From: Flectonema sp. DT1601 | Lineage: Eukaryota | NCBI GenBank assembly: GCA_964019425.1 | Contig: OZ025786.1 | Location: 1,116,001 to 1,180,000 of the forward strand | Length of the DNA: 64,000 nucleotides | Direction of reading: 5' to 3' | Position numbers and translations under genes: made by a program | The notes under the pieces: model-generated | What the model saw: only the letters and a program-made list of their open reading frames with translations | What the model was told of the DNA's origin: nothing | Database searches by the model: none | In this document: positions 9,844 to 21,906 of the stretch, piece by piece | How the letters are laid out: each line of letters starts with the position of its first letter | How positions within the stretch are numbered: position 1 is the first letter of the stretch

Positions 9844-10046
9844 ATTGTTGTGATACTTAAATAATATAAAGTAATCACACAAATAGTTAACAAAAACAAC
9901 TTGTTGTAATTCCAACAGGGCACAGAAGAAGATAGGTAATAGAAAAAGAAATAGCAGCTGTCTGAAAGAGATCGATATGTAAACAACGATCACTGACAGG
10001 ATAATAATATGTGTAAATGGTTGTGTAAGTAGTCTGATAATAATAA

Positions 10047-11821
10047 TTAAGTAGTATCAGAGTGAATCAGGTTATAAAGAATTCTGATCCAACCAGAAAC
10101 TTCCTTAGCCGTTATCAAGACAGGCCACGACGGAGGTATCGGTTTCGGACATGCCGTATTAACAGCAATGATATCTCCCAGTCGTGACTTCCGTCTGTCT
10201 TTCTGTTGTTCTCCAACTGTTTCTCTCTCGGTATCCTGTTGTTTGTTATTTTTTAGACCCTCCGTAGGAATATTAGAATAAAAAAGAAAATACGTACCCG
10301 AGGGTTTCTCTGTATGCAATTAGAAAGGGTCAGTTGATGTGATTCCCAGGCCTCTAGCAGTCTGGAGTAGTGTTCTTTTCTTATTTTGTGTTGAGAAGTC
10401 TTTTCAGAACTAATCCGACTACAGATATCATCACACAGAGATTGATTAGTACCACCAGGAAGGAGGGAATTTAACATCCGCAATTCATTTTGAAGTTCGT
10501 TGATACGACGTCCACGGTCTCTAGTAGAACGACGAGCATCATCAAGTGTTTTTGTTACTTCTGTTATCTGAGTCTGAATTGCTCTTTCCATTTGGATTGC
10601 GATGGCCCGAAGACGCATCAATAGACGTCCATGACGACGTCTCCAAGTTCTTTGAATCTTTTTAGCACAACTTATAAGACGACAAATTGTGTATCGAATG
10701 AAAAACTTCTTTCTAAACGCTTTTAAGAATTTCGTAACACATTGTATTGATCTTTTCTTCTTATCAATGATTCTTTGTTCCCGACGGGTTTCTGTTACTG
10801 CCCCCACGATGTTTTGACTTTTACAGAATCTCTTCCATGTCCTCTGAATCAATTTGACTTGATGTCCATAAAGTTGTTCTTTGTAAGCCAAACAAACCTT
10901 TTGATAAATGTGACTAAACCCCTGAATAGCAAGACTTATCTGAGTCATTGTTTCCCATTTACATCTCAGTTTTAATTCCAATTTATATTGTTGATAGTCA
11001 CTGTCAGGATCAAATCTCTTTAGGTATTCCGAGTACTCTGCATCGATGCGTTGCTTTTCATGTTTTGCTTGCTCTCTCTTTTCGCACATTTGAAAAAACT
11101 GTTTTTGGGAACGAAGAAGTCGAACTTCAGGAATGTAATTAGGAATAGATTGGAGATTGATTTGAGGAAAATTAGCCATCTGAAGGCTCTTTAACTGTCT
11201 TTCCCGAAGGGTATCCGACACCCGTTTTTGAAGATCAATTCGTGAATTTCCATCTTGTCGATACTGCTGAAGCCGAAGCATTAAATTGGTATTGGATTTC
11301 TTATTCTGAACAGGCCTACATCGTATGTGTGATCTGGAATCTCGGTGAGTCTGTGTTTGTCCTGGCTGGTTTATAATACTGTGGCTGTTTCTGTGAGCAG
11401 GAACTAGTTCCCCACAGGGTTGATTTACTAAATTAGGTAACTGCTCTTGACTGGCTATCTGATTATATAAAGAGTTGTAAGTGGAGTGGATGTAAGAAGC
11501 TTTTTCACAGAGCTTGTTGACATTTTCCTTAAAAAGTTCGTGTTTCTTTGCTTCATTTTGAATTGAACATAACAAAGGTAGTTCACTTAGAGAACTCAAC
11601 GTGTTTTCTGAAGCACTCGTTTCTTGTTCTATTTCTTTCAAAGAACTGTTTGCGATACGAACAAGGTTACTCAAACTTACATTTCTACCACAAAACGTAT
11701 CTCGTCGAATAGACGATAATTGAGGTAGGCATCGCCCTGCTGAAGAAGTCTGTTCCGTTAGTCGAAACACACCATCTTGATTGTACCCCAAGTAAGGTAT
11801 GCTATCTACCTCTGATGACAT
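10047..11821 (-). CDS. Hypothetical protein with IQ-like motifs, 2 exons (~570 aa)
   Basis: Motifs IQRTWKRF and IQRTWRRR. Phase-0 intron 10236..10297 (GTACGT...CAACAG) joins the two track ORFs in frame. Confidence 0.75.
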
Positions 11822-12294
11822 GTTAATTTATTGTTTTTTACATTAGAGTAACCGTGTTGGGTCTCCCCATATCCAAAGTGTTCTGTCATTTAGATTAATA
11901 GTTTAAAAACTGAATCATTAAAAAAAACCGAAAACAAAAATATATAAATAACATCCAAATCATACATTCTTGTTTTTTTTATGTTGTCGAATGTAGCAAA
12001 ATGAGGTAATCAAACGAAGGGGGAAGGACTTCGATAAATAAATGAGGGGGGGGTTGTGAAATATAAATGAAAAGAGGAAGATACTTCGCTTAGATCGACC
12101 ACATAACGTTGATCAGAACGGCAAAAGAAAAATAGCGACAGAAGCCACAGTTGCCGTTAGATAACAAGTCCATCAGACCACTAGAGTATGAATCCAAACA
12201 AAAAAAAAAAAAAAAAAAAAAAATGCCTTGCAATTTGCTCAAAAGAGCCAAAAGAATCGAATGGCGAAATAGTTTTTTTTTTTTTTTTTTTTTT

Positions 12295-12658
12295 TTAGCA
12301 AAATACAAACTGATGACTACGAGGGGTCTGGGTAGCCCGCATCAGTAAGGACCCAATCGCGAAGATTGTAGTTTCATAGTATTGGCTGGAAGTGATCGAC
12401 TTCCAGCCTCCACCTTGCCCAGAGGCTAACAGGTTGTAAACAAGAAAAGAAAATAAAAGAGAAATGATCTGGGAGTGGGGGGAAGGTAAAAAAAAATAAA
12501 AAATCTTCTTTCTTTCATATACATCTTTCTTTATAATACGACCACATGTGCCATATACCCACACTCCACGAAAGAAAATAGAAACCCCCGGAACAGTACC
12601 GAGGATCGTTCACCCCCAGTTGTCCAAAGCATTATAAGTGTACTGTGGGCTTACCGAA
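12295..12658. repeat. Dispersed repeat, copy 1 (homologous to 46785..47088)
   Basis: Collinear shared blocks: ttagca..aactgatga, ggtctggg..cccgc, aggacccaatc..agattgt, ctgg..ccagc, tccacctt(g)cccagagRctaacaggtt..aaacaag, acgaaag, ccggaacag..gttcaccccc, gggc..ccgaa. Confidence 0.8.
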
Positions 12659-15175
12659 AAGCTTTAGAAATGTACCACAAAAGATTTGGGCAGCACATAG
12701 CCATATCACTCAGCAAGAAATGAAAACCAAAAGGATCAGGATGACAGTCAGTTTAAGGTCATAACTGCGCCGGAAATAGTAATTAGAAAGATTGCAAAAG
12801 GGGGAAAAAAAAAGAAAATAGTAATAATAAAAACGAGAGAACTGCATTAGTTTTCCCTGAAAAACTAATAAAGCTTTTCGTGTAAGTGTGTTGCATCTTA
12901 TTTTGTGCCATCCCTCCACCAAAAGATTTGAAAACAAAAAAGAAGGTTTCGAGAGTAATCCATATACCTCTTTACTTCTATTATCTCATCATCAGTTATG
13001 GTGTAGAAGTAAGTCAGTCATCTATTGTGACTGAAGCATCTTAGTTAGCAAGAAAAAAGAGGGTGATGGGTTGACGATGTAGAAACAGCAATAAACCTTA
13101 TAATACTAAAATAAGCAATAAAGGTTAAACTGAATAAAAGAAGGGGTGATAGATTGACGAATGTAAAGAGGGAAAAAAAAAAGGTTTTTTTTTTTTTTTT
13201 TTCATTATCACGGCTTTCTAAGAGAGCGCTTACCGTACCACAAGTTTACAACTCCAGTGTCTCGTGTAAATATATAAACAAAAAAAAAAAATTTTTTTTT
13301 TAAAAATTACAACGGAAAAAAAAAAAAGAGAAAAAGAGAAAAATAAAAACCCCGTCCTGGAATACATTCGAATACTCGAGTGTAGAGTTGTTTGTGCTTG
13401 ACACCGTGAACCCATTTAAACTGATAAAGCTAAAAGAGGTTTACGTGTGCTGCCAAACATTCTTTTTCGTTCTTACAATACTTATTAAATGAAAAAGAAT
13501 AATAATAATAAAAAAGCAAAATGAACCCAGCTACTTAAGCATATCACTCAGCACAGGAAAAGAAAGCAACAGCAATTCCTCTCAATAACGGCAAGTGAAC
13601 AGTGAATGAATCTAAAAATGAATGTGTTGTGTGTTCATCTCTCAAACAGCAAACTAAGGAGCATTAGGTTTATTCTAATAGAGCCACCAGACAGCTTGTT
13701 AGGACAGCAATCAGTCCGTAAGTAAGAAAAAGATCTGGTGACAGTACTCCGTGTGTCATGAGAATCACAGCGAAGTAACGTGAGAGTCAGCGAAAAAATA
13801 ATAGCGAGGGGGTTGAATGTTTTGATTATTTAAGAAAGAAATAGCGGGGGCGTAATGATTAACAGCGAGGTGAGGCGCAACTTTATCTTTTCTTGTTTCT
13901 TGAACTTCAAGTTGAGAGTTAGAAAGCATTTCTATTAATTTGTCGAAAGCATCAAAAACAACCAACAAGAATATCAGTCTTGAAAAGGAAATAAGAGATT
14001 AGGACACACATGATGATATCGCGAAAAGGGAATTGAGTACTACTTATGTTCTTTGGGTACCCAAACCACTAGACTAACACAGCCCCCAACAACATCACTA
14101 GCTCTTGTGAGACTCGTCTGGATGACTCCAGCGGTCTTCGAGGGACCCAACCCACAGACTAAAGTGGTAGCGCCAAATAAGAAGCGGCCAACTTCAACAA
14201 CAGGTGGAACAAAAGAATCTTCTATTCCCTTTCCCGTGACACAGTCAACTAGGAAGTCTGATCTAACAAGACGCTGCATATTATTAGTTGTTTAATAACA
14301 CAACACTTCTTTCACAGAAAAGAAGAAAGAAAAAGAAAAAAAGAAATAGAGGGGATTTATCCAACAACGGAAAGCGATACTTTTTTTTATAAAAGAAAAC
14401 AAAAAGAAAGAAAAATGAAAAAAAAAAAAAAAAAAATAACCGTAAAGTTGGCAGCAACGTTCTTTTTTTAATTAGAATCGTCACAGACAGTATTACTCGC
14501 GCACTGGTAAATAGATAACATTTGACCATAAATAAGTAAAACAGCTCTTAATCTGAATAAATTCTTCTCCGACTTCGTCGTTTAACTAAAAAAAAGAAAA
14601 ATTTAAAAACACAATTGTTCTGCTGTTCCACATAACACTGTGGAATACGTAGTTCAAGGAGTCCTTAATCTTATCCATCAGTAAGTTCTGAGGACTTCAT
14701 TCCAATTTTTTTAATTTCAAATCAAAATAACTGATCTCTCTCTCTTTAGGAGACCGGATAGCGTATATTGCTTTTTGGTCAACAAGAAAACAAGCAATTG
14801 AGGATTCATCCTCAATAGTCCTAAACCGAAAAAAGTAGTACTACAAAAAATAATTAGACAACAAAGGGGGGGGGAGCCCATCACCAGTAAAGTTCATCTA
14901 AATAGAAATGATATTCAGAAAGTCAAATGCGTGTCCAGTTCGTTGAATTGGCATCAAAAAGTTGCTCAGCCAAGATCGGTTTCAGGTCCTGAGCTCTAGA
15001 GGTACTTCAGAAAGAAAAAAACGAAAAACTAGTCAGTTTTCTAAAGAGAAAAAAACAGCTAAAAGAAAAGAGTTTACAATTAGGGGTACAAAAAAAAATA
15101 AGAAAACAATAATATGAATGATTATTTCAGAGGGGAGAGGAAAAAAATATATATAAAAATAAAGAAATAAAAAAA

Positions 15176-17397
15176 CTACTGAAATAATAGAACACAAACA
15201 GAGCAGTCGTCGTTGCTGCCTCGCTGACGAGCTTCTGCAATAAGAGCTTCGCAGATTACTTGGTAATCTTCATATCGAACTTCTGTTTCACTCGCTCTTG
15301 AATCTGAACTAACCAATCCACTCGATCCTAAAGCAAAACTAGAGTTGAATCCCTCATTAACTCTGAATTCTGTACTCTGGATTTCAGTGAAAGCCCTCCG
15401 ACGGAGAGATCGACGGCTGTTTTTTTTTTTTTCTTCTTCTTCTTCTTCTTTCTTCCTACATTTACTGATTGATTCCAAAACTACATAAACGATCACATAC
15501 AGACTAGTCACAGAAGCAGTGTCTTGAAGTGAAGACCTTCGATCAAAATCGTCTCCTGAACTTCTCCTGTTGTTGTTTTGTTTTATATTATTTTGTTTAT
15601 ATTTATTTTTTTTTTTTGTTTAAATTACACAAACCTCAATTGGGTTCCTGCGAATGACACAGTTGTGTGTTTTTCATAGGACGCATCTATTTCTTGTTTA
15701 CATTCTCTGACGTACTTTACAACTTCTGAGGGAGGCATGACGTCCCAAAGACCATCTGAGGCGATGATCAGAAATTCAAATTCAGGAGTAATTGGAAGGT
15801 CAAAGACATCGGGTTCACAAGTAATGTATTGCTGACAAGGGACGTCACCAATACTTCGAGTAACTTGTAGAAGTCCCTGAACTCTATCTGATCCCATGAT
15901 TGTCATTACGCAACCACCACGAGCTTCGACAGCTGCTTTTTCAGAAGCAACACTCGCGCGGTGATTTTGAGTTATCACTTGACAGTTCTCTCCAATACAA
16001 GCGACGACAGTCGTGTCTCCAGCACATCCAATAAAGACTCTTTGATTGTCTTTAACAATAGCGACAGAGGCGGTGGTTCCACAGTCGAGTTTGTGTTCTT
16101 CCGCTAATTTTAAAAAACGATTATTTGTTTTTGCGTATCCATCGCGTATCGCTTGTGAAACATCTTTATCATAACTGGGTGATGACCGAATAGCTGCCAC
16201 TAAATGCTGTGCGCAATAATCTGCGGCTTCAACTCCTCCATGCCCATCAAAGACAGCAGCCCCGTAATCATTTCCAGGCACTCCTCCGTATAATGCTGAA
16301 ATGTCTGGGATAGCGAACACTGCATCTTGATTAACTGGATTGGTACCTCGATCTGTGAACCAAATCCCTTCAACATCTGCTCTCTTCACTGATGTTGGAG
16401 AAGATAATAAAAGTGATGTGCCTTCTGTTGATTGCTCTCCGATTTCTTCTAAAGTAGTTTTTGTTATCTTCCATCCAGTTGCTTCAAGACATGCCTGTGC
16501 TGACTTCCGAAATGTCTTTATAGCAGATCTGTTAAGATATCTATCAGTATTGTAACCCGTATAACTATTCCAGAGTTTTGCCCAAAGTAGAAGTTGTAGT
16601 TTCGTCTCCTTGCAAGTTGCTAAAACTGACGAGTCGATTTCATTTTTATTTCGATAATTGGTCTGAAGACTCAACAGTGGAGTTGGTCTAGCTAAAGCCA
16701 ACCATCTGTGAGATGAAATGTTTTCATCTGTTGTCGTTAATTCTTTTATGAAAGATTTATAAGCATCGAGAGATGGCATTCCAACAGGAGGTGAATGAGC
16801 ACTCATACTGTTGTGAAGCCACTCACCAAGTCCTTGTCTGTCATCAAGTTTTGATTGAGATGTTTGGAGAACTGTTGGAACATACCAATCCAACATTATT
16901 GGTTTACAGTCAGCTGACAGTAAGAGATTCGTTGGTTTTATGTTTAGTGAAGTGTCCCGTCCTAAGTGACTTTCTAAGAATCTTACTGCATTTAGTATAG
17001 AGACGACAACAGCAGGAGCCATACTTTCTGACATGACATTATCATAAACAGAAAGGTACTCAGTCACAATGTATGTTGAAACACCACAAACGAATGCATC
17101 TTTAACCGAATGGATGTTTTCGTGTTCTGCTCCAACACCCATCAACATTGCAACATCACTTTCTGATATATTCTTATCGAGGAATCCTTTCATTGCGTAT
17201 GTTCTCATGTTTTTAGTACATTTAAAAGTAACGACGCTTCCTCTCAGTCGACATTCTCTCCCACCTTCAAGAAGTCCTTCAATCTTATATCCGTTGACAA
17301 CTTTTCCTTTAAAATCTGGTTCTGGAATAACCTCAAGTTCAGTAGGCCTTCTCAGAACACCATATCTGTCGTCCATTCTCGTGCAGGCTGCTCCCAT
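15176..17397 (-). CDS. Kinase-like (probably pseudokinase) domain fused to PP2C/PPM phosphatase, 3 exons (~689 aa)
   Basis: PP2C motifs NQDA, VFDGHGG, GTTA, AGD, VTRSIGD, IASDGLWD and GSNDDCSV in the last exon. N-terminal YAMK, HENI and LNIKPTNLLL. Introns 15567..15634 and 15417..15500 keep the frame. Confidence 0.88.
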
Positions 17398-17835
17398 CGA
17401 GGCCGTTACGGCCTTTTCGTTTGGGTTCCGCACACTGACAGCACGAAACCCACCTGTGGATTAGTTCAAATATAGGTAACAGGATTACTACTGTGGTTTA
17501 GTTCAAATATAAAAAAATACTACCCAGCCATCGTGGACTACCACCTGAGAAAGAAAAAAAAAAAGTAAAAAGTTAAGAAATGGACCACAAGAATTCACTT
17601 ACAACATATTCAACTCTAACTCCTTCAATGAAAGACTTCCATCAACTTTTTGTAAAGTTGAACTGCAACTGAATAGTGGCTTAGTGATGTTACCATCAGC
17701 TGTCTGGTTTACTAAGTTACGTCATTCAGGTACAAATAGACACCTGATGTTGAAGTAATCAGTCAAGTAACTGTTACTATAAGACTACTTTTCCAAGAGA
17801 ACTATAAATCGCAATCCGTCTTGTATGAGATTTGA

Positions 17836-18267
17836 CTACGTAGAAGTTAGTTCCTCGAGTTCATCTTCATCATCGTCGTCAAGAGAATGAGATTCGAAAG
17901 GTTCTCTCATTCCGAGAGGACTACCTCTGTAGTGATCCCACACAAGTAGACCTAATCGAAGTGAACAGTCTAAAACTAAAATAAAAACCAATCCTCGTAA
18001 TGCCATCGATCTACTCAACAACTTGTCGAGGTGCGTTCTCTTCTCACTCGCAGTCATTTTAATAAATTCTTTAGTTGATACTGAAGGCATGTCTCTGTGT
18101 TTGTCAGACATTAAGTCTGACGTCTCATCAAACGTCTTTTTCACTCCTTTTATGAAATCACTTCTAAGTCTGGGACGGGCAGTTGGTTTCGGTTTCGCAG
18201 CTCGCCTCTTCACAGTCGGCATCTTTATTGTCTTTGCCGGGTAGCATGTTGATATCGTCCTTAACAT
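17836..18267 (-). CDS. Hypothetical small protein with possible mitochondrial presequence
   Basis: 143-aa ATG ORF on the cluster strand; basic MLRTIST.. N-terminus, hydrophobic segment, acidic tail. An upstream exon at ~18390-18527 is possible. Confidence 0.5.
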   Translation of the reverse strand: MLRTISTCYPAKTIKMPTVKRRAAKPKPTARPRLRSDFIKGVKKTFDETSDLMSDKHRDMPSVSTKEFIKMTASEKRTHLDKLLSRSMALRGLVFILVLDCSLRLGLLVWDHYRGSPLGMREPFESHSLDDDDEDELEELTST

Positions 18268-18787
18268 TAGTCCTTTTTAATTATTATTATTTATTTTTAG
18301 TTTTTTCTTATTGGACCAGAGAAACTGTGATGAGGAAAATTTGATGAAATCAGAATAATAATAACAAAAAAAACATTAAAAAAAAAACCTTCCTTTTCCC
18401 CGCAGCAAGTCTCTTCGTTCCCTCTTCTGGAGTCTCTCCTCCTCTCCCGACCTCCGTACCTGCACCGCGGAGGTGATGCTCTTCTTCACCTTCACTCTCC
18501 CACGGGGTACTTGTTGTCCAGAACATTATTTATTTCGAACTGTTTGTTTATTTCGTTGAAAACGCAGAACAGGCTTTTTCAATCTGAAATAATTTTCTTC
18601 TCCCAATTTTGAAAACTCTCATCTCATTGTCCTGAAGAAATTATTAAAAATTGAAATAAAAATATAAAATAAAATCGAAAAAAACATATTTTTTTGTTTG
18701 TTGTTAACAAGACAGACCAAAATTGTAAAGACTAATAATTTTATTCACAAAAATTAAAATAAAAAGTTATAATTGGAGAATTCCTCC

Positions 18788-21477
18788 CTAAATATCAGGA
18801 TCGTTATGTTGAATAAGTTGGTGTCTTTGGAGGGCGTTTTGCAACGACTCAGAGAATTGTTCATCGTCGACCTGTTATTGTTTACGTTTTGTTTTTTTTC
18901 CAGTTGTAACATAAAAAAACATAAAAAAACACATACCTGTCTGGCATAACCCAGCAGGTTACTTGATACTTGTCTAATGTGTTCTTCTTCTTCAGAAATG
19001 GTAATATCTTTAGTGATTTGCGGACTTATTTTGTTCACATCCCGAACGACCTTCGCAGTTTGCGTTTCAATTCGAGCCGTGGCTTCTTTACATTCATCAC
19101 ATTGACGCTCAACGCTATCTTTTGCTTCTTTAATTGAGTGAAATTCTGAAGTAATTTTCTCTCTGTTTCTCTGATACTCGTTTAGCTCTTGTAGTTTTGA
19201 CATTTCTGTTTTGAGGAAGTCTTTCATGTCATTTGATCTTCGATTTACTTTTGACTGAACTGCTTTGCTCTTTTCTTCGAGAGCTTTCTTGACGACTGTT
19301 TCTACATCGTCGTTTCCGACTCTTTTAAATTGAGATTTATATTGAACATTACAACCTTTGAGAACTGCTATCGTTTTATCCATTTTACGAGCTTCGCGTT
19401 CAACTCTTTTGATTTCAATATCGAGACCGTCGCCTTGGACTTGAAGTAACTCTCGCTCCTTTGCAGTCTTTACGATGTACTGAGCGTGGGTTAAGTCACC
19501 GTCAGGGTTTTCATCATCTCGACTGATCCGACTAACTAAAACTTGAAATCTATTTTTCAAATGCGAAACTTTTGCATCTCTCTCTCTCAATTCAAGAGCG
19601 AGTTGCCGACGTTCTTCTTCTCCTGTCTTTGCTTCCATTCCGAGGACTTCCTTGTGAACTTTTATTTCAGTTTCTCGTTCCTCAATTGTAACCTCTAATT
19701 GACTCTTTCGATTCTCAAGACCTAATAATTCATCTCCTCGTTGATTAACTAAAAGACGAAGACGATTAACCTGTAACTGAAGAACATCATTTTGAACCAT
19801 CAGAGACTCTTTTCTTTTAACGAGAGTCGCGTACTCTGTTTGGCAACTGTCATTTTCAAGTGTGAGTTCTAAGATGACTTCTGATACGGATTTTTGATCT
19901 TTTTCTTTATTGCTGAGATCAATCTTTGCTTGTCTGACATCATCATTAACACGTTTAACTTGCAAGTGTAATACTTTGTGTTGCTTTAAAAGGTCATCGA
20001 GCATCGTTTGAAGCATTGAAATCTTTTCTTTGAGCTCTCGACGTTCTTCTTCTGTTCTCTCACCTTTTGCTCGATTGACTTTTCGTTCCATCTGTTGAAC
20101 TTGGAACTCGACGTTGTAAAGAAGTTCTTGTTGTTTAAACGACTCCTGGTCAAGTTTGTTTATGTTGGTTACCATGTTTTTATTTTGAGCCTGAGCCCCG
20201 CTGATTTCAGCTAAGAAATTTGCTTGTCCTTTTCTAACAGTAAACAAGTCTTGTGATTTTGAATACTGTTCGTCTTTCAACTGTTGCATTTCTTGATCAA
20301 GAGCCTTCAAAGACTGATCTGTTTGTGTTAAGAGATCGTTGACTAACTTATTTTGTTTTTCTAAATTCTTTGCTGATTCATTTTCCTCACGTAATTTAGA
20401 AAGTGTTTTTTCCTGATTAGAAGTCATTCTCTCAAACTCTCCGAGTCGTTTTTCTAAAGCAAACTGCCTTGCTTCTTTGTCTGCTTTTTTATTATTCATC
20501 TCCGTGAGTGCTTTATTTAATGTGTTTTTTAAAACTTCTAATTCGTCTTCCAAGTCAGCAAGGTGTTGTGATATTGATAAGTGATCGCCTCTGTATTTTG
20601 TTACGATTCTGTCTTCTTGTGCTATTTTATTGTCAAGTTCTTTATTGTTTTGTTGTTCAACAGTAAGAAATGCATTTCGATCTCGGAGTTGTTCCGTTCG
20701 TTTTTGAAGCCATTGTTTGCCTTCAGCGTAACGCTCACGTTCTGCGTTGATTACCTCGTCACGTTTGTGCATTGCTTGGACAGCATCTTCCCATTGCAAG
20801 ATCAGGTCCTGACGTTCTTTGTGTAGACTGCGGTAGTCTGCAGCAGTCTTGTCGAGTTCTATCTGAGAAGCTTGTGTTTCAGTTATCTCATCTTCGACTA
20901 GTTTCTTCTTCTGTTGAACTTGTCGAGAGAGTTTTTCAATTTGAAGATTGAGGTCTCTTATCTTAACGCCATCTTCTTTTGAATATCTTTCCAGGGCTAC
21001 TGTGTCGTCTTCTTTTTGTTTTCGCGCGAGGTCCCATTGTTCAAGTTCCTCTTGTTGGAAGTTCATCGAAGCTTTAAATTCATCCATCTTAACGTTGCCA
21101 TGAAAAATAGAATTTTGAATAGAATCGACCTTCTCTTGTAATTCCGTTTGTTCCTTTGCAAATCGTCGCATTTCTTGTTTTATGCGACCAGTTTCCCTGT
21201 CAGCTAACTGAGCCATGTGATCTTCTGTTTCAATCTCTCGTCTTTTTGCATCATACAAGACCTGAGTATTCGCAATCTCTTGTTTGACGTTCTTTAAATG
21301 CTCGTTCATGAAATCAACTCGTCCTTTATTTTCGTCAACTTCTCTGGAACGTTCTTCAATTTCAGCTTCGTATGCTTTCACTTGATTGGTCAACTCTTTA
21401 TTAACGTGATTCAGCAAGTGATGAGGAAGGATATCAACTTCCTCACCTACATCAGGTAAATCATCGTCGTCATCCAT
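18788..21477 (-). CDS. CCDC39: Coiled-coil domain-containing protein 39 (axonemal 96-nt ruler), 2 exons (~874 aa)
   Basis: Recognisable segments MNEHLKNVKQE, REIETEDH..QLADRETGR, QIELDKTA.DYR.LH.ERQDL..QWE, QQELLYNVEFQVQQMERKV.RAKGE, AKERELLQ..GD.LD..I. Intron 18872..18936 gives a last exon VDDEQF...DPDI*. Confidence 0.9.
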
Positions 21478-21906
21478 TTTGTTGATTCGTTCTTTCTGTT
21501 GGAGGGGGAGGAGTGAACAATAATAAACTAACTCTCGCAGATAAACAAAAAAACAAGTATCCAGAAATTGTTGTCACATCCAAGTTAGAAATCATCCAAT
21601 TATTTGTAAAATAAAAAACGAAATTATAACCGATCCACTACTATACGCTTAATGCTTTATCACATCTTTGACAAGACTGTTCAAAGAGAGCGTTATTACT
21701 AAGAGACAGCTGTATAGTTTGAGATATCAAATTACTGCTATTGGAACTCCAGATCAGTGATTTGGAACAGCAAGACGATAATTTGGACCACTTTCTTCAT
21801 TTGATGCAGGGAAGTATCCCCTCGTGTATTTCCCCCTCAAGAATAGTTTCTTTACAGTAATTACAACAAAATATAATTTTTTAATAACCAACTTACTACT
21901 TTACAC

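Noticed and set aside
12309..12575. CTGATGA ... CGAAA in both repeat copies as a hammerhead ribozyme or C/D snoRNA
   Set aside because: The bases after CTGATGA do not pair with those before GAAA (no stem II), and there is no suitably placed box D CTGA.
14040..14295. Overlapping ~80-aa ORFs on both strands in a GC-richer patch
   Set aside because: No recognisable motif; may be the interior of the decayed repeat element.
17454..17511. 21-nt direct repeat ctgtggWttagttcaaatata (x2); similar short duplication at 26104/26220
   Set aside because: Only two copies each; most simply local duplications with no further structure.
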